Below, in pieces: positions 9,785 to 18,980 of a DNA stretch of 59,106 bases. A program made the position numbers and the translations under genes. This stretch comes from Candidatus Hadarchaeota archaeon (lineage in GTDB: Archaea > CAYQAE01 > CAYVLA01): NCBI GenBank assembly GCA_964452145.1, contig CAYVLA010000010.1:1-59106 (forward strand). Direction: 5' to 3'. Numbering within the stretch: the first letter of the stretch is position 1; the number at the start of each line of letters is the position of its first letter. Under the pieces are notes generated by a model. That model was not told the DNA's origin. It worked only from the letters and a program-made list of their open reading frames with translations, and did no database searches.

Positions 9785-10525
9785 ATGCGTCCGCTGGAGA
9801 GGGGAGTGTTCCTTCCCGATCAACGGGTTCTCGCCGTCGCCGATCTACATCTGGGGTACGAGCACGAACTCCTGCAAAGCGGAGTCAGGATCCCCTCCCA
9901 GACAGGCAAGATCAAGGAAAGGCTTCAAGGGCTCCTGCGGCAGGCTCGGCCCAAGGAACTGATCGTGGCCGGGGACTTCAAGCACAACATACCCTACGTG
10001 GGGGAATGGGAGTACGAGGAGCTGGAACGTTTCGTCCGGGATCTGCCGGTCAGGGTCACGATAATACGGGGCAACCATGATGCGGGTCTTTCCTCCATCG
10101 TCCATGCCGATAATGTCTCCTTCGGAAAGACCAGAGGCGAGGTGCGAGGCAACGTGGGCTTCTTCCACGGCCACACGTGGCCCTCAGCAGACCTTCTGCA
10201 GTGCAGGTATATCGTAATGGGGCACAGCCACCCGGCCATTGTCCTCAGGGACTCCCTGGCCGTCGAGACACGTCTCAGCTGCTTCGTGGAGTCGAGAATG
10301 CTTTGGGATGAGCTGATCAGGCGATACCCATCCGATCTGCCAAGATTCAACAGAAGGCTCAGGATCATAACAATGCCAAGCTTCAACAGGCTTCTTGGGG
10401 GCACCGGGTTCAACATCGAGGCCCCTCTGGGGCCCTTGGCTAGGAACTGCTTGGACATCGCCAATTCGACAGCGATACTCGAGGATGGGACCATAATGGG
10501 CAGGATCAAGGAGCTTCGAAGGTAG
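9785..10525 (+). CDS. Calcineurin-like metallophosphoesterase (archaeal SbcD/Mre11-related family)
   Basis: DLHLG, GDFKH, GNHD, HGH, GHSHP and MPSFN motifs. Confidence 0.88.
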   Translation: MRPLERGVFLPDQRVLAVADLHLGYEHELLQSGVRIPSQTGKIKERLQGLLRQARPKELIVAGDFKHNIPYVGEWEYEELERFVRDLPVRVTIIRGNHDAGLSSIVHADNVSFGKTRGEVRGNVGFFHGHTWPSADLLQCRYIVMGHSHPAIVLRDSLAVETRLSCFVESRMLWDELIRRYPSDLPRFNRRLRIITMPSFNRLLGGTGFNIEAPLGPLARNCLDIANSTAILEDGTIMGRIKELRR

Positions 10526-10538
10526 ACGGGGGGACACT

Positions 10539-11267
10539 TTGTCCGGGCTCGATGATCTCAGGGGCTGCGTCGTCCTGGCCGGGGGCAGTTCCAGAAGGTT
10601 TGGGGAGGGCATGGACAAACTGCTGTTCCAGGTCGGTGATGGGAGAACCCTGATAGAGGTGGTTGTGGCCCGTCTGGATTTCTTCGACGAGATCGTGATC
10701 TCGACCTCTACCCCCGAAAAGGCATCCCGCTACCGGAGCATGACCGGGATGAAGACGGTGGTGGATTCCTCGCCCGGAATTCCGGGAGGGATTCTGTCGG
10801 GTTGTCGGGCCCTGTCGACTGAAAGCATCTTCGTCGTTGGGGCGGATATGCCGATGGTCAAGCGTAGGGTCGTCGAGCAGCAGTTCTCGGCGATGGAGGG
10901 ATACCAGGCGGTGGTCCCGTTGCACACCAACGGCTACATCGAGCCTCTCCACTCAACCATCAAGAGGCAATCCTCGCTGAGCGTGTTGAAGGCGATATGC
11001 GCCTCGGGGGAAAGAAGGGCAAGATCGCTTTTCGAGAACCTGCAGACCTGTTACCTCCCTGTGGAGAGCCTGAAGGCCTTGGATCCCGATCTTGAAAGCT
11101 TCACCAACGTTAACGATGAGCGCACGTTCCGATCGGCCTTCCCCGAGGCCCCCTTCCCGCCAGCTCGGAACTCAAGATCGTCCTCATCCCAGGGTCGGCA
11201 AGGGCTCTTACCTCATCGCTTCAGCGGGATCAGACGTACACGGCGGACGGCTGACTGGGACACGTGA
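10539..11267 (+). CDS. mobA: Molybdenum cofactor guanylyltransferase
   Basis: LAGGSSRRFG..DK, GADMP, EPLH and FTNVN motifs. The 3' end overlaps the convergent pan gene. Confidence 0.82.
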   Translation: MSGLDDLRGCVVLAGGSSRRFGEGMDKLLFQVGDGRTLIEVVVARLDFFDEIVISTSTPEKASRYRSMTGMKTVVDSSPGIPGGILSGCRALSTESIFVVGADMPMVKRRVVEQQFSAMEGYQAVVPLHTNGYIEPLHSTIKRQSSLSVLKAICASGERRARSLFENLQTCYLPVESLKALDPDLESFTNVNDERTFRSAFPEAPFPPARNSRSSSSQGRQGLLPHRFSGIRRTRRTADWDT

Positions 11268-12411
11268 GGGATGAGCCCAAGACCTTGGCGACCGAACTGC
11301 TGAAGTCCTCCGCGGTGACATAGGACCGCCTCTCTCGGATGGCGAACATGCCTGCCTCTGTGCAGATGTTCTTGAGGTCTGCCCCGGAGGCACCCTCGGT
11401 ATCCGCAGCCACTCGACCCAGATCGACATCCTTCAGGCTCATCCTTCTGGAATGTATCTTCAGGATCCTGAGGCGGGAGTCACGGTCCGGCATTGGGAAC
11501 TCTATCAACCTGTCGAACCTCCCGGACCTCAGAAGCGCCGGATCAAGGATGTCCGGTCTGTTGGTCGCACCGATTACCTTGATGTTGCCACACGAGTCGA
11601 AACCGTCGATCTCGGATAGAAGCTGCATCAAAGTCCTCTGAACCTCCCTGTCGGAGCTGGTGCCGCTGTCTATCCTCCTTGCGCCTATGGCATCAAGCTC
11701 GTCGATGAAGATGATGCAGGGCTGCCTTTCCAGGGCAAACTGGAAGATCTCCCTGACCATCCTGGCTCCCTCCCCGATGTACTTCTTGACAAGCTCCGAG
11801 CCTACGATGCGTATGAAGGTGGCATTGGTCTGCCTCGCAACGGCCTTCGCTAACAGCGTCTTGCCGGTCCCCGGCGGGCCGTGAAGCATAACCCCTTTGG
11901 GGGGATCCACCCCAACCCTCCTGAACAGCTCCACATTGGTCAGGGAAAGCTCAACGATCTCTCTGAGATCCTCGATCTGTTCGTCCAAGCCCCCTATGTC
12001 CTCGTAGCAGACATCGGGCTTCTCCATAAGCTCCATTCCGAGGACCAGCGGGTCCTTGGAGGCGGGAAGAACCTCCACGATTGAGTAGTTCCGGCTGTTC
12101 AGGGCCACCCGGGAGCCCGGGATGAGCTTCTCGCGATCGACGTACTCGGAGACCTCGACCACGAACTCCCCATTGTGGCATCGCACGACCGCCTTGTCCC
12201 CATCCAGCTTCTCCACCAGCGTCGAAGCAACCAGGGGGGCTTCGTGCATCTTCCGGATCTCGGTTCGAAGGGTCTTCAGCTCTCTCTCGAGGCGGAGGTA
12301 CTCCCGTTCGATGTTGCGCTTCTCAAATTCGAGGTATCGGATCTTCTTGTGAAGCTGGATGTTCGTGCTGACCATCTCGTCGCTTTCGGTGGTCACTGCC
12401 GCTTCCGTCAC
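11230..12411 (-). CDS. pan: Proteasome-activating nucleotidase (AAA+)
   Basis: N-terminal coiled coil and OB domain, GPPGTGKT, KYIGEG, IFIDELDA, SRH RSGRFDR, C-terminal HbYX (VYV). Confidence 0.96.
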   Translation of the reverse strand: MTEAAVTTESDEMVSTNIQLHKKIRYLEFEKRNIEREYLRLERELKTLRTEIRKMHEAPLVASTLVEKLDGDKAVVRCHNGEFVVEVSEYVDREKLIPGSRVALNSRNYSIVEVLPASKDPLVLGMELMEKPDVCYEDIGGLDEQIEDLREIVELSLTNVELFRRVGVDPPKGVMLHGPPGTGKTLLAKAVARQTNATFIRIVGSELVKKYIGEGARMVREIFQFALERQPCIIFIDELDAIGARRIDSGTSSDREVQRTLMQLLSEIDGFDSCGNIKVIGATNRPDILDPALLRSGRFDRLIEFPMPDRDSRLRILKIHSRRMSLKDVDLGRVAADTEGASGADLKNICTEAGMFAIRERRSYVTAEDFSSSVAKVLGSSLTCPSQPSAVYV

Positions 12412-12446
12412 CTCGCCGCCCTCCGGAAATCGCAGGGTCAGGACGA

Positions 12447-12456
12447 TTTAAATATA
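12447..12456. promoter_or_regulatory. Shared TATA region of divergent pan / mbf1
   Basis: TTTAAATATA centred between starts 12411 and 12494 in otherwise GC-rich DNA. Confidence 0.6.
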
Positions 12457-12493
12457 TTCGGTTTGCACGGATTCGACTGCAGGCGGTAGATCG

Positions 12494-12976
12494 ATGATCT
12501 GTGAGATCTGCGGATCTGAGGTCAGGCGTCTGACAACCGTCCTAGTCGACAGGGCCACCTTGGAGGTCTGCGACCGATGTTCAAGGTTCGGAACGCCCGT
12601 GGAAAGCCCAGCTGTCGAGAAGGGCAAGGGGGCCATTCGGCGGGCCACAGGGTCCAGAAGGGCGTCCGGAGCTCAGTCGAAGCCGGAATACGACGTTATC
12701 GATGGGTATGGTGGGCTCATCCGATCGGCCAGGGAACGGTTGGGCTTGACCCAGGAGGACCTCGGCAAGAAGGTCAGCGAGAAGAGTTCGACCATCCACA
12801 GGCTGGAGTCGGAGTCCTTGGCTCCGAGCATAGCCTTGGCCCGGAAGCTGGAGCGCTTCCTAAAGATCAGACTCCTCGAAAAGGAGGGCCTTGAGGAGGA
12901 GATCGTGACTGACACCCACCCCACTGAGGGTGATGTGACCCTGGGGGAGGTCATCCAGGTGAAGAAGAAAAAGTAG
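12494..12976 (+). CDS. mbf1: Archaeal multiprotein bridging factor aMBF1 (Zn ribbon + HTH)
   Basis: CEICG...VCDRC, HTH (ARERLGLTQEDLG...), C-terminal TLGEVI. Confidence 0.93.
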   Translation: MICEICGSEVRRLTTVLVDRATLEVCDRCSRFGTPVESPAVEKGKGAIRRATGSRRASGAQSKPEYDVIDGYGGLIRSARERLGLTQEDLGKKVSEKSSTIHRLESESLAPSIALARKLERFLKIRLLEKEGLEEEIVTDTHPTEGDVTLGEVIQVKKKK

Positions 12977-13059
12977 CCCCCGGGGTGCAATCAGAACGTA
13001 TCATACGATTTGGAAAGAGCTATAAGATATTCCGGGGTGATCCCGTCCCGGAAACGCTT

Positions 13060-14538
13060 GTGTCGGCGACGGATGGCTCCTCCGGTAAGGAGATCTTCAA
13101 CGTAGACAAGTCTGACTTCTCCACATGGTACAGCGAGATCATGGCCACCGCCGATCTGGTGGATCTGAGATACAACGTGAAGGGGTTCGTCATCTATCGA
13201 CCCTGGCTCATGAGAATGGCCAAGCAGCTGTACTCCATCTGGGAGGCCGAGCTTGAGAAGAGGGGACACAGCCCTATCCTCTTCCCCGTCGTCATCCCGG
13301 AGGAGAACTTCGATAGAGAGAAGGAGCATGTGAAGGGTTTCAGCCCTCAAGTCTTCTGGGTAACTGAAGCCGGCACGAGCAGGCTGGACAAGAGACTAGC
13401 TCTGAGGCCGACCTCGGAGACGGCGTTCTACCAGATGTACTCCCTCTGGGTTCGCTCCTATTCCGACCTTCCGCTGCGCCTCTACCAAAGCTGCGCAGTC
13501 TACAGGTACGAGACCAAGGCTACCAAGCCCTTGCTGAGAGGAAGGGAGTTCCTCTGGATAGAAGCCCACGACGTCTTCGAAACCGGGGAGGAATCTCTTA
13601 GCCAGGTGAGGGCGGATATGGAGACGACCGAAGCCGTGTTGCTCCACAGGCTTGGGATTCCCTTCATATTTCTGAGGAGGCCGGCCTTCGACAAGTTCGC
13701 GGGAGCGGTTGACACCTATGCTGCAGATGCCCTGATGCCCGACGGGAAGGCGGTTCAGCTACCGTCGACCCACTACCTGGGCCAGGGTTTCGCGCGGGCC
13801 TTCGAGATCGCCTATGAGGATCGAGACGGCCAGAAGAAGGTGCCTCACCAGACCTGCTATGGGCCTCCGATATCTAGAACGCTGGCCGTGCTCGCCTCGT
13901 TGCATGGCGATAGGAAGGGCTTGGTCCTGCCTTTCTCGATAGCACCTGTCCAAGTGGTTGTGGTGCCGATCCTGTACAAGGAACGGTTCCAACCGATCAT
14001 GAAGAGGAGCCGGCAGCTGACCTTGAAACTTGCCAGAGCTGGCCTTCGCGTCCAGATCGACGATTCGGACAAGAAGCCGGGCGCGAAGTTCTACTTCTGG
14101 GAGATGAAGGGAGTGCCCATCCGGGCCGAGATAGGTCCGAGGGACCTGGAATCCGGAACCGTGACCTTGGTACGGAGGGACACGGGGCACAGGGAAAGGG
14201 TTGAGTTCGGCCGGGCCACGAAGGTTATTCAGGCGATGGGCAAAGAGATGCTGGAATGCCTGAAGGAGAAGGCCCTGAAGGAGTTCGGGGCGATGATGTC
14301 CATGGCCGAGGATCTGCAGACCCTCAAGGAGATCTTGGCTTCCCGGGGAGGGTTCGTCCGGATCCCCTTCTGCTCTAGGGATCATCCCGGCCAGACCTGT
14401 GCGGAGAGGGTCAAGGAGCTTACCGAGGGAGAGGTTCGGGGAACGGTATTCGGCGAAGAGGACGCCCCCGTCGGGAGGAGTTGTCTGGTCTGTGGTCAAA
14501 CCGCCCGCTGCACCGTGTTGGTGGCTAGGGCCTACTAG
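13060..14538 (+). CDS. proS: Proline--tRNA ligase (archaeal/eukaryotic type)
   Basis: LRPTSET, YRYETK..PLLRGREFLW.EAH, anticodon domain, C-terminal Cys cluster and terminal Tyr (ARAY). GTG 13060 preferred because BRE/TATA (GGAAAG..TATAAG) lies at 13012-13026. Confidence 0.96.
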   Translation: MSATDGSSGKEIFNVDKSDFSTWYSEIMATADLVDLRYNVKGFVIYRPWLMRMAKQLYSIWEAELEKRGHSPILFPVVIPEENFDREKEHVKGFSPQVFWVTEAGTSRLDKRLALRPTSETAFYQMYSLWVRSYSDLPLRLYQSCAVYRYETKATKPLLRGREFLWIEAHDVFETGEESLSQVRADMETTEAVLLHRLGIPFIFLRRPAFDKFAGAVDTYAADALMPDGKAVQLPSTHYLGQGFARAFEIAYEDRDGQKKVPHQTCYGPPISRTLAVLASLHGDRKGLVLPFSIAPVQVVVVPILYKERFQPIMKRSRQLTLKLARAGLRVQIDDSDKKPGAKFYFWEMKGVPIRAEIGPRDLESGTVTLVRRDTGHRERVEFGRATKVIQAMGKEMLECLKEKALKEFGAMMSMAEDLQTLKEILASRGGFVRIPFCSRDHPGQTCAERVKELTEGEVRGTVFGEEDAPVGRSCLVCGQTARCTVLVARAY

Positions 14539-14547
14539 GCTTTCGAT

Positions 14548-15294
14548 ATGCGTCTGTATGAGGTCAGTCTGCAGCAGGGAGAGACCCGTCTACTGATCAA
14601 GACGGACGTTCCCGACGTGCTCGAGCCCGTGAAGCGGGCCACGGTGATGGCTCGCGCCGAGCTGATAACGTACGCCAACGCGCATCCCGACTTCCGCTGG
14701 TCTCTGGAGCCGCTCCAGCGGCCGATCGAACGCCTTTCTCCGGTCGTGTCGGAGATGCATCGAGCCTCGGAGTTGGCGGGGGTCGGCCCCTTCGCAGCGG
14801 TGGCTGGAGCAATGGCAGAGGTGGCCGCTAGGGCGGCGGCACAGGCGGGCGCCAAGGAGATCGTGGTCGAAAACGGGGGGGACCTTTGCCTCCACGGAAC
14901 CGGTCCGTTCCTAGTTGGCATCCACGCCGGAGGGTCCCCGCTGTCACAGAAGATGGGGCTCAGGATTCTGCCGGGGGAGTCCTTCGCTGGACTGTGTACG
15001 AGTTCGGGGACGGTGGGCGAGTCGATCAGCTTCGGTGATGCGGACGCGGTCGCGGTCTACTGCCCACAATCGGCCGCATTGGCCGACGCGGCCGCAACAT
15101 CTGTATGCAACCAGGTAAGGGGCCCGCAGGGTCTGGAGAGAGGCATTACCAAGGCCCGAGAAATCGGGGGAATCGGGGTGCTGATCATACGCGGTGACCG
15201 GATGGCGGCGTGGGGCAGTCTTCCCGAGATCGTGAAGCTGGAGCGGGGAACGGATCTGGTGCTTGATCCCAAGACGCATTCAAGGGCCCTCTAG
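14548..15294 (+). CDS. UPF0280/COG2122 ApbE-like protein (MA1715-like, sulfide assimilation)
   Basis: GPFAAVAGA, VENGGD, CTSSGTVG.SISFG.AD and ADAAAT..CN motifs. Confidence 0.88.
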   Translation: MRLYEVSLQQGETRLLIKTDVPDVLEPVKRATVMARAELITYANAHPDFRWSLEPLQRPIERLSPVVSEMHRASELAGVGPFAAVAGAMAEVAARAAAQAGAKEIVVENGGDLCLHGTGPFLVGIHAGGSPLSQKMGLRILPGESFAGLCTSSGTVGESISFGDADAVAVYCPQSAALADAAATSVCNQVRGPQGLERGITKAREIGGIGVLIIRGDRMAAWGSLPEIVKLERGTDLVLDPKTHSRAL

Positions 15295-15692
15295 ATCTCA
15301 GGGCCCTGAACCGCACCCACCGGGCAAACGGGAATGCACACCCTGCACGAGATGCATTTGTCGGAATCGAAGACGACGTCCCAGTCCGGGGTGACGTGAA
15401 TGGCCTTGACAGGGCACACCGATACGCAGGCACCGCAGTGGATGCATCCGTCCACCTTCACCGAGACGCTTTCCTTCAGTTCCCTTACGATAACGCCCTG
15501 GTCCTTCAGGTATGTTATGAAGCGCTCGATGGCAGGGCCTTCCCCCTCGACATCCGCGATCATCTCGCCGTGGGTCTCATCGATGCGGGCCCTAAGGATG
15601 TTGATCGAGGCATCCGTCTGTCTTACGGCGCTGGAGACGAGGGGCTTGGTGATGATCTCCCTGGGGAACTCCAGGTAGAAGTACGTCACCAT
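15291..15692 (-). CDS. NIL-domain 2x[4Fe-4S] ferredoxin (MA1822-like partner of homocysteine synthesis)
   Basis: INILRA NIL motif; CIHCGACVSVCP and CISCRVCIPVCP. Confidence 0.9.
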   Translation of the reverse strand: MVTYFYLEFPREIITKPLVSSAVRQTDASINILRARIDETHGEMIADVEGEGPAIERFITYLKDQGVIVRELKESVSVKVDGCIHCGACVSVCPVKAIHVTPDWDVVFDSDKCISCRVCIPVCPVGAVQGPEI

Positions 15693-17197
15693 CTCCTCCT
15701 CCCGACGAACCTCGCGATGTCCTCGTCCGAGACCAGTCCGATGATCCTTCTCTTCCCGTCCACGACGGGGATGGCGCTGATTCCGTGTTTCTCGAACTTC
15801 CTTGCGGTGGCGTCGATCGGTTCGCCCTTGTGGGCGACTATCACGCGCCTGGTCATGACCTCACCTACCCTGCGGGCGCCCATTCCGATGGCCTTGGCTA
15901 TATCCCAGGAGGTCAGTATACCGACCAAGATGCCATCCCCATCCAGAATCAGGAGGCTGTTTGCACCCTCGCCAGTCAATCTCTTGGCGGCCTGCTTAAT
16001 GCTCATCTCGGCCCTGCCGGTTATGACTTTCCCGGTGGCGACCTCCTCGACGAAGGGCACGGGCGATATGGCCTTCATGGGTTTGAAACTGCCCACCCGG
16101 GGCAGGGGCTCGACCGGCTGGGTCAGGAAGAACTCTCCCTTGGCTATCCATTGCTTCAAGTGAGTCGCGATCTTCCTAGCGACCTTGATGCTGGAGAGCG
16201 AGGATACCGGGACCTCCTGACCGTTGAGCATAACATTTCCGGACTTAAGCTCGGCATACGTGGTCTCCCTCACCACGGGGCGATCTCTTACGGGAACTCC
16301 GTAGTCGATGATCTTGGTCCTGATCTGATCGTCGGTTACCGAGGTGGACCGCGCAAGGTCCTCATCCAGAATCGGGATCGGGATCCCAACGCCCACGTAG
16401 AGGGTCGTGCCATATCGTTGGAACGTGGCTCCCCTCAGGAAGTCAGAGGACATCTCCTTTAGATCTCCCTTTACCATGAGCGTTCCGAAGCCCGCCTCCG
16501 GGGAATGCTGGGTTCCGGGGCCGATGACGTATCCCGGGGCGCCGCCGAGGAATATCCTGGTTCCCAACCCGATCGTTCTGTAGCCGGGATCGTTGCACAG
16601 GGGGCTCAGGCTACCCGAGCCTGCAAAGCTGACGTTCCTCATTCCCGGAAGCAGCGCCCCCATATAGGTGTATATGGTCTCATCCCTGCTGTTGGTGGCT
16701 GCGTTGTAGCGCTGATAGGCGTTTCTCGGGTTCATCATCATGGCCTGGTTGACGTCGGCTAGGCCGATCTCGACCTCTAGCCTGGTCCTGGGATAGCAGT
16801 CCGTTCCGTAGCCCTCCGCCTTGAGGGTCACTTCCCTTCCCCTAACGAGGTCCTCTATGACGTGACCCCCGCCATATGCGAATCCCCGGGTCTCGCTCAA
16901 CTGCGTTGCACCAATGAACGCATCCACCGCGGCGATTCCCGTGTACGCTTCCACGTCGTTGAGCCAGACACGCTTCATCTTGATGGGGGGATCCGAGTGT
17001 CCGAAGTTCAGCCATGCTCCCGAGGAGCACATGGCCCCGAAGGTTCCGGTGGTCACGACATCCACCTCCTCTGCGGCCTCGTCGAGGCCCTTTTCCTGAA
17101 CGATCCGGGGCATCTCCTCGGCGGTGACGACGACGGCGTCGCCATTGCGGATCTTGGCGTTGATCTCATCCACTGTCTTGGGAGACACTGCGATCAT
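15686..17197 (-). CDS. L-aspartate-semialdehyde sulfurtransferase / homocysteine biosynthesis protein (DUF39 + CBS pair, MA1821-like)
   Basis: VDVVTTGTFGAMCSSGA, NFGHSDPPIKM, YGGGHVIEDL, TDCYP, RNAYQ.Y motifs; C-terminal CBS pair. Confidence 0.92.
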   Translation of the reverse strand: MIAVSPKTVDEINAKIRNGDAVVVTAEEMPRIVQEKGLDEAAEEVDVVTTGTFGAMCSSGAWLNFGHSDPPIKMKRVWLNDVEAYTGIAAVDAFIGATQLSETRGFAYGGGHVIEDLVRGREVTLKAEGYGTDCYPRTRLEVEIGLADVNQAMMMNPRNAYQRYNAATNSRDETIYTYMGALLPGMRNVSFAGSGSLSPLCNDPGYRTIGLGTRIFLGGAPGYVIGPGTQHSPEAGFGTLMVKGDLKEMSSDFLRGATFQRYGTTLYVGVGIPIPILDEDLARSTSVTDDQIRTKIIDYGVPVRDRPVVRETTYAELKSGNVMLNGQEVPVSSLSSIKVARKIATHLKQWIAKGEFFLTQPVEPLPRVGSFKPMKAISPVPFVEEVATGKVITGRAEMSIKQAAKRLTGEGANSLLILDGDGILVGILTSWDIAKAIGMGARRVGEVMTRRVIVAHKGEPIDATARKFEKHGISAIPVVDGKRRIIGLVSDEDIARFVGRRRW

Positions 17198-17247
17198 CGA
17201 TTATCATAGCTGATAGTTCATAAATGTTTGTATAACTAGGGCTTATT

Positions 17248-17288
17248 GACACGCTCGGCGGCTCCGAGCGGCCGGAGCAGAGCGTGTT
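17248..17288. other. GC-rich stem-loop
   Basis: ACACGCTC/GAGCGTGT outer stem and GCTCCG/CGGAGC inner stem; alternative CGCTCGG/CCGAGCG pairing. Confidence 0.45.
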
Positions 17289-17333
17289 GGCGTTGGCATG
17301 ACGGGGGAATGGAAGACAAAGCATCGCAGCTGA

Positions 17334-17957
17334 TCAGATAGCTCCCCGAAGGATCTCCTTGACATTGCTAGGGTACATCTTCGCGTACCTCGATATGTCC
17401 ACCTGTTTGGTTATCAGCGACATCAAGGCCTCGCGCACATTCGAGCTGCCGAGGGGTATCTCCATCCCAAGTTCCTTTGCCAGCATCCTCCTCATTCCCA
17501 GGTAGGCCGATCTGGCCATTATGCTCGCGGCGGCCACTGAAACGTACTTCTCTTCGGCCCTTGGGCTGAGCTCGATTGGAAGGTGGTCCACCGTGATCTT
17601 GGCGCCGGGATATTGGTCGACGTAGACCCTCTCGGGCCTGCCGACTTTGCCTATCAAGTTGGCGATGGCTTTGGAGAACAGATCATTCTGAACATCCACA
17701 TGGTCGATCTGGGATGTCAGGAGTTGATTGAACCGATGCGGATCTAGGACCAGAGTGCTGTGCTTGATGCCCATGCTCGCCATCAGCGATACGTGGGCCC
17801 CGATCATGGTGTTGCCGATCCTCTTGCTGTCCCTGACGCCTTGTGCCTTGAGTATCGCTTCCTGTTCCTCGTTCAAGCAAACGGCGGACACGACGAGGCC
17901 GCAGAAGGTGTCGCCGGAGCCGACCTCGTCGGCTCCTATGGTCAGCATCGGGGTCAC
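17334..17957 (-). CDS. Ribonuclease HIII-like catalytic domain (type 2 RNase H, no N-terminal TBP-like domain)
   Basis: IGADEVGSGDTF.GLVV, GVRDSK, VDQY, AE.KY.SVAAASIMAR, IPLGSS.V, YAKMY. The DEVG.GD.F, DQ[FY] and P.G.S pattern fits HIII better than archaeal HII. Confidence 0.78.
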   Translation of the reverse strand: MTPMLTIGADEVGSGDTFCGLVVSAVCLNEEQEAILKAQGVRDSKRIGNTMIGAHVSLMASMGIKHSTLVLDPHRFNQLLTSQIDHVDVQNDLFSKAIANLIGKVGRPERVYVDQYPGAKITVDHLPIELSPRAEEKYVSVAAASIMARSAYLGMRRMLAKELGMEIPLGSSNVREALMSLITKQVDISRYAKMYPSNVKEILRGAI

Positions 17958-17964
17958 TTATGTA

Positions 17965-18070
17965 TAGTTACCGGTGACGCCCTCGTTGCCGGACAATATA
18001 AACGTTCATCGGTAACTAACGATAAGTGAGTGGCATTTCGACGACGATAAGTAATATTAGCTATCCGATG
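17965..18070. promoter_or_regulatory. AT-rich divergent control region with inverted and direct repeats
   Basis: TAGTTACCGGTGA (17965-17977) / TCATCGGTAACTA (18006-18018), a 12/13 inverted repeat around the minus-strand TATA (TTTATATT, 17995-18002); ACGATAAGT at 18019 and 18044. Confidence 0.55.
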
Positions 18071-18113
18071 CAAACATTAAGATATTTAACCATCTTCGTC
18101 ATTTCCATTCGAG

Positions 18114-18980
18114 GTGTGTGACGTGCCCAGATACCTGCTAGTCCCCCAGGGTCTCGAACGAGACCGCATAATTGGTGCCATAACTCATCTGCAGCCCGAC
18201 AAGGTCTTCGTCATTCGCAACAAGAAGAAATCCTCTGAGATGTCGGCGGTTGAGATAACGATCGAGGAGCTTCTGACCGAGCTGCGGAGGAAACTCGCGG
18301 AGGATCCCATCATCCCGGTGGACGAGGAGATGATCGACATCTCAACATTCAAGGTCAACTTCTTTGATCTGCTGGACGCTTACCTCGACTTCCGGGCAAT
18401 CCTAGCGAAGCTGGGCCCGGACTCGGAGTTTCTCGTCGACATCTCGTCGGGAACGCGGATAGTGTCGTGCGCTCTGTTCCTCGCGGCCCTCGAGATTGGT
18501 GCGAGCATATACTACGTCAGCCCAAGGTCGTACTTCACACCGGAGGTGGCTAGGCGGAAGCTGGAGGCTCTCAACAAGGACCTCAAGGCCTATCTTGAGT
18601 CCAAGAGCCCCGAGCACTTGGAGAGGATGAGGAAGTTGCTGGAGGAGGGCCTACAGGAGTTCCAGACCCCTCAGCTTGCTATGGGCGTGAGGAAGGTCCT
18701 CAAATGCCCGCCCCTTCCCATACGAATCGAGCAGGAGGAGATAGATCGCGGCTACCTCGAGGCCTTGGAGAGGATCGGGGGAACCGCCCCCTCGATCACC
18801 GATCTGCTTGTCGCCCTCCTTGGTAGGAGGCCGACGCCGACCGATCGTGTTATGGCGGCCAAGCAGATCGCCACCTTGGAGCGGTGTGGCTTCGTGACCA
18901 CATCGTACACGGGCCGCCAGAAGGAGATGACGTTGACGGAGTACGGCAGGGAGTGGATCGAGAAGGCGAGGCCCTCCTAG
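18114..18980 (+). CDS. CARF (DUF6293/Csa3-like) + winged-helix transcriptional regulator
   Basis: LLVPQGLERDRII...DKVFVI, VDISSGTRI, IYYVSP.SY CARF motifs; C-terminal wHTH (SITDL...LERCGFV...GRQKEMTLTEYG). Confidence 0.8.
   Translation: MCDVPRYLLVPQGLERDRIIGAITHLQPDKVFVIRNKKKSSEMSAVEITIEELLTELRRKLAEDPIIPVDEEMIDISTFKVNFFDLLDAYLDFRAILAKLGPDSEFLVDISSGTRIVSCALFLAALEIGASIYYVSPRSYFTPEVARRKLEALNKDLKAYLESKSPEHLERMRKLLEEGLQEFQTPQLAMGVRKVLKCPPLPIRIEQEEIDRGYLEALERIGGTAPSITDLLVALLGRRPTPTDRVMAAKQIATLERCGFVTTSYTGRQKEMTLTEYGREWIEKARPS

Noticed and set aside
18114..18980. CRISPR-Cas locus around the CARF gene
   Set aside because: No cas genes or repeat-spacer array seen anywhere in the window.
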